Shown here in pieces: positions 55,174 to 58,619 of a stretch of 58,619 nucleotides of DNA. A program made the position numbers and the translations under genes. The notes below the pieces were generated by a model. That model made no database searches, was not told the DNA's origin, and was given only the letters and a program-made list of their open reading frames with translations. How positions within the stretch are numbered: the first letter of the stretch is position 1; each line of letters opens with the position of its first letter. This DNA is from Polyangiaceae bacterium (GTDB lineage: Bacteria > Myxococcota_A > Polyangia > Polyangiales > Polyangiaceae), in contig JBILLK010000042.1 in NCBI GenBank assembly GCA_044376115.1, positions 1 through 58,619 on the forward strand. The letters run 5' to 3'.

Positions 55174-56577
55174 GTGAGAATCCCGGCCCGCGCTCTTGGT
55201 CCCTGGTTGGCGGCTGTAGCTGCGCTCGCTCAAGCGCGCTGCGCGATGGTGAGCGGCCTCGATGAGCTAGATCCCGCACAGTACCAGCCGCAGGAGGTGG
55301 CCGGTCCCGGTGGTGCTGGCGGGTCTGGCGCAGCTGGCGCTGCCGAAAGCGGCGGCTCCGCTGGTGACGGCGGGGCTGGTGGGATTGCGGTTGGTGGCGG
55401 TGGTGCTGGCGGCGGTGCTGGCGGTGGCGTGAACGGTTGTCTGGCCAGCACGCTGTTCACGCAAGACTTTGGCGGTTGTGCCAAGCTCGATTCTGGTGAG
55501 GTGCACTGTTGGGGCTACCAAGCTCTCGACTGGGGTGAGTGCAGCGTCCCGTTCAGCTGGGAGCCAATACCAAAGCACGTGCCGCTGTTCGATACGGTTA
55601 CGGACTACTCGAGTTACAGCCAAACCTGCGTGATCGACGCAGCTGGGCAGGCCCTTTGTGCAGGGGAAAACGGTGCGTGCCAGGTCGTACCCTTCGACAA
55701 TGTCTACCAGGTGTGCCCCTACGAGCCTGAAGCGTTGCCCGGCCCTGCCAGCCAAGTCGACACCAACGCTTCGTCCAGCTGCGCGTTGGTCGCAGGCGAA
55801 CTCTACTGCTGGGGAGATGGATCAACGGTCTACGGCTTCGGCTACGGCGGCTCGACCTGCATGCCACCCACGAAGCATCTCGAGAGCGGCTCCGACAATG
55901 CGGAGCTGGCTTTAGGCTACGATTTTCGCTGCCTACGCAAGACCGACAGCGGAGGCCTGGACGGTGGGGTTTACTGTGTCGGGAAGAACGATGCACGACA
56001 ACTCGGAATCGACTCCAGTGTGGACCAGGCCACTCCGGTCCGTGCGCTGATTCCCGTTGATGAAGACGTGATCGATGTTGAGGTCGGCGATTCGCATGCG
56101 CTCGCTCTCACTGCCGCAGGGGACGTTTGGTGCTGGGGGGCGTACGAGTCGGGGCTCCGCCAGTGCGGGGGCTTTGGCGTCAATGACGTTCCGACCAAGG
56201 TTGCGGGGCTCGCTGGCGTTACCGAAATCAGCGCTGGCTATGACCATTCATGCGCCGTGCTCGCCGACCGCACGCTGCTGTGCTGGGGGGATGACGTCAC
56301 GAGCAATGGTCCCGGGGTGGGCCCGACGGTGATCGAACTCGAAGGGCAGCCCTTCAAAGTACGTGAGGCTGGTTCGCCGAACGCGTCGCGCGTTGCTGCT
56401 GGCATCGGCCAGACCTGCGCGATTCATGAGAATGGTGCTGTGTACTGTTGGGGCTGGAACAGGTTCTACGTTGAAAACGGAGAAGGCGATCCTGGCCTGC
56501 TCGGCACTGGTTCGTCGGCAGGTATCGTCGAGACCCCGGAGCCGGTTCTGATCAGCTGCGGACCTGGAGGCGGTTGA
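55174..56577 (+). CDS. RCC1-repeat (BLIP-II-like) exported protein
   Basis: Repeated HSCAV...LLCWG, GEVHCWG, AVYCWG; Gly-rich linker. Confidence 0.88.
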   Translation: MRIPARALGPWLAAVAALAQARCAMVSGLDELDPAQYQPQEVAGPGGAGGSGAAGAAESGGSAGDGGAGGIAVGGGGAGGGAGGGVNGCLASTLFTQDFGGCAKLDSGEVHCWGYQALDWGECSVPFSWEPIPKHVPLFDTVTDYSSYSQTCVIDAAGQALCAGENGACQVVPFDNVYQVCPYEPEALPGPASQVDTNASSSCALVAGELYCWGDGSTVYGFGYGGSTCMPPTKHLESGSDNAELALGYDFRCLRKTDSGGLDGGVYCVGKNDARQLGIDSSVDQATPVRALIPVDEDVIDVEVGDSHALALTAAGDVWCWGAYESGLRQCGGFGVNDVPTKVAGLAGVTEISAGYDHSCAVLADRTLLCWGDDVTSNGPGVGPTVIELEGQPFKVREAGSPNASRVAAGIGQTCAIHENGAVYCWGWNRFYVENGEGDPGLLGTGSSAGIVETPEPVLISCGPGGG

Positions 56578-58001
56578 GCGTTCAACCCGCCGCGAGTTCT
56601 GGGGCTCGTCGTCTCGGGCGCTATCTCCTGCATCGGCAGCTCGCTAGCGGCGGCATGGCGGCGGTGTATCTTGGCAAGCTGATCGGTCCGGCCGGCTTCT
56701 CGCGCGCCGTCGCCATCAAGCGGCTTCATCCACATCTGGCGCATGACCCGCAGTTCGTCGGGATGCTGTTTGATGAGGCACGCATCGCCGCTCGCATCCG
56801 CCACCCCAATGTCGTGCCCACGTTGGACATGGTTTCGGAGCGCGGCGAGTTCTTCATCGTGATGGAGTTCGTCCACGGCGAGTCCTTGTCCAAGATCCTC
56901 AAGACCCTGCAAGATCGCGCACAGGGCCGCGTTCCCCCGGCGATCGCGAGTGCGATCGTCGGCGGCATGTTGGCCGGTCTTCACGCCGCACACGAGGCGA
57001 CCAGCGAGGACATGCAGCCGCTTGGCGTCGTTCATCGCGATGTCTCCCCGCCCAACGTCTTGCTTGGGTCGGACGGGATCCCACGCACCGTGGACTTCGG
57101 CATCGCGGTGGCGTTGGGCCGTCTTCAGGTGACGAAAGAGGGCGAGCTCAAGGGCAAGCTGCCCTACATGGCGCCTGAGCAGATCCGCGGAGAGGTCGTC
57201 GATCGGCGTGTGGATCTTTGGGCCACGGCCTGCGTGCTCTGGGAGCTCTTGGCGGGGCGCAGGCTGTTTGCCGGTGAAGAAGCCTCGCTCGTCTTCAAGA
57301 TCCTCGCGCACCGTTTCGTGTCCCCCTTCGAGGGAACACAAGCTGGCAATGGCGCGCTCGATCTCGTGCTTGAGAGGGCGCTAGCGGTTGATAAAACCCA
57401 GCGCTACGAGACCGCGGCGGAGATGCTCACAGCACTGGAGCTTGCGTGCCCTCCAGCTTCGCCTCACCAAGTCGCACGCTGGCTTGAGCAGATCCTCGGG
57501 CACTCCCTCTCGCAGCAGCGCGTCCTGCTCTCGGAGATCGAGACCTCCGGTGATGAGGCCCCTCCGCTCTCCACCGCGGCGCTGCCTGCGAACGTGGCGC
57601 CTCGTCGACCAAGTCGTGCGCTGTGGCCTTTCGCGCTGGCAACTGCCGTTGGCATCGGGGGCGCTGGGGCAGCGCTTTACGTCAAGAGCAGTGCGTTTGG
57701 CTCCGCCGCGAGCGCTCCGCCGCGTTCTTTGAGCGGCGTTGATGAAGCGCCCACGCGCGCGACAAGCGCCGCGAGCGCCGAGCCGTCCAGTGTGCTCTTG
57801 CAGCGCCCTGCACAGGCCGAGCTCGAGAGCGTGAAGTCGGCTGTGCCGTCCGCGCCGGCTTCGTCCTCCGCGTCCACCTCCTCCACGTCCCCGAGCGCAA
57901 ACCCGCGGCCTCCTCCGGCCGCAACGGGCAAGCCAGTGACGCGACCACAGCCCGCTTACCCGGCGACGTTGCCCGCTGTTCCGGGCGGTGGGGGCATTTA
58001 G
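56574..58001 (+). CDS. Membrane Ser/Thr protein kinase
   Basis: LASGGMAAVY, VAIK, HRDVSPPN, DFG, YMAPE; overlaps the RCC1 stop. Confidence 0.93.
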   Translation: MSVQPAASSGARRLGRYLLHRQLASGGMAAVYLGKLIGPAGFSRAVAIKRLHPHLAHDPQFVGMLFDEARIAARIRHPNVVPTLDMVSERGEFFIVMEFVHGESLSKILKTLQDRAQGRVPPAIASAIVGGMLAGLHAAHEATSEDMQPLGVVHRDVSPPNVLLGSDGIPRTVDFGIAVALGRLQVTKEGELKGKLPYMAPEQIRGEVVDRRVDLWATACVLWELLAGRRLFAGEEASLVFKILAHRFVSPFEGTQAGNGALDLVLERALAVDKTQRYETAAEMLTALELACPPASPHQVARWLEQILGHSLSQQRVLLSEIETSGDEAPPLSTAALPANVAPRRPSRALWPFALATAVGIGGAGAALYVKSSAFGSAASAPPRSLSGVDEAPTRATSAASAEPSSVLLQRPAQAELESVKSAVPSAPASSSASTSSTSPSANPRPPPAATGKPVTRPQPAYPATLPAVPGGGGI

Positions 58002-58155
58002 TCGTCACGCGCGGCTACAGCTGTCCGAGGCTGAAGAACGCAATACTGAACCCTGGAGAGTCGTATGCTACTCGGGGCGTCGACTCCGGCCCGCGACCGC
58101 GCACGGGGGAAGCTGCTGCCCTCCACAACCGTATCGGATCTCCGTGTCGTTCCCG

Positions 58156-58619
58156 ATGAGCCGCGTGAGGGTCTCGTTCCCGCCGGGCGGAGTGCTCGGC
58201 GCCGTGATGCTGCTGTGCGCCGGATGCGAGCAGCCGCGTCCACCGACCGACTCCCCATCGATCACGGCGAAGCCAGACCCAGCTCCGCCGAAGCCGCCGC
58301 CCACCCAGGAGCCAAACAGCCCACCGCCCCCGCCGAAGGCCGCAGCAGCGCCCGCAGACTGCGGGGAAGGAATGGCGGGCGTGCCGGGCGGGAAGTACGT
58401 GATGGGCGAAAAGGAAGGGACGGTTGAGGTGAAACCGTTCTGCTTGGACGTGACGGAGGTTACCGCGTCAGCGTATGCAGCCTGCGTAAAGGCGGGGGAT
58501 TGCAGCGAGGAGGGGACCAGCCAGTACGATACGTGCAACGCCGGGAAGGGCCGGGGACGTCACCCGATGAACTGCGTGGACTGGAAGCAAGCCAAAGGGT
58601 TCTGCGAGGCGCAGGGCAA
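58156..58619 (+). CDS. FGE-sulfatase (SUMF1/EgtB-type) domain lipoprotein, partial
   Basis: Absent from the ORF track; manual translation gives CAGC lipobox, Pro linker, GMAGVPGGKYVMG, FCLDVTEVT, HPMNCVDWKQAKGFC. Confidence 0.88.
   Translation, partial: MSRVRVSFPPGGVLGAVMLLCAGCEQPRPPTDSPSITAKPDPAPPKPPPTQEPNSPPPPPKAAAAPADCGEGMAGVPGGKYVMGEKEGTVEVKPFCLDVTEVTASAYAACVKAGDCSEEGTSQYDTCNAGKGRGRHPMNCVDWKQAKGFCEAQG

Noticed and set aside
58156..58619. FGE-sulfatase gene as a diversity-generating retroelement target
   Set aside because: No reverse transcriptase or template repeat in the window, and the C-terminus is outside it
1..58619. tRNA, rRNA, IS elements, integrases, prophage genes
   Set aside because: None recognised by eye; a tRNAscan/Infernal/ISEScan run would be needed to exclude them formally

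Overview
High-GC chromosomal segment that looks myxobacterial (Polyangiaceae/Sorangium-like). This assignment is inferred from gene content: four Ser/Thr kinases, TPR-PEGA proteins, a DUF1552/DUF1592 pair, many lipoproteins and an FGE-sulfatase-domain protein. Left part: a receiver-domain protein with an (AAPKK)n tail, a five-gene MoxR/DUF58/VWA operon, DUF1552/DUF1592, a YegP-NuiA fusion lipoprotein, cysQ, an aldo/keto reductase, an orphan PAAR-like gene, a phosphatase and a bufferin-like Cys peptide. Middle: lipid genes (two desaturase-family genes, an MMPL transporter, an HpnL-like protein), a beta-propeller di-heme protein, Uma2 and a TetR locus. Right part (about 40.5-52 kb) is accessory-like. 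The standout is a short class-I release-factor homologue (45940-46606). It lacks domain 1, has an RF1-like PPS motif and an intact GGQ, and is split by the prfB-type +1 frameshift core CTT-TGA-C; a hairpin covers its Shine-Dalgarno. It may be an RF2-sensing backup or rescue termination factor. No rRNA, tRNA, CRISPR array or transposase was recognised. All family assignments are by eye from motifs, not from database searches.
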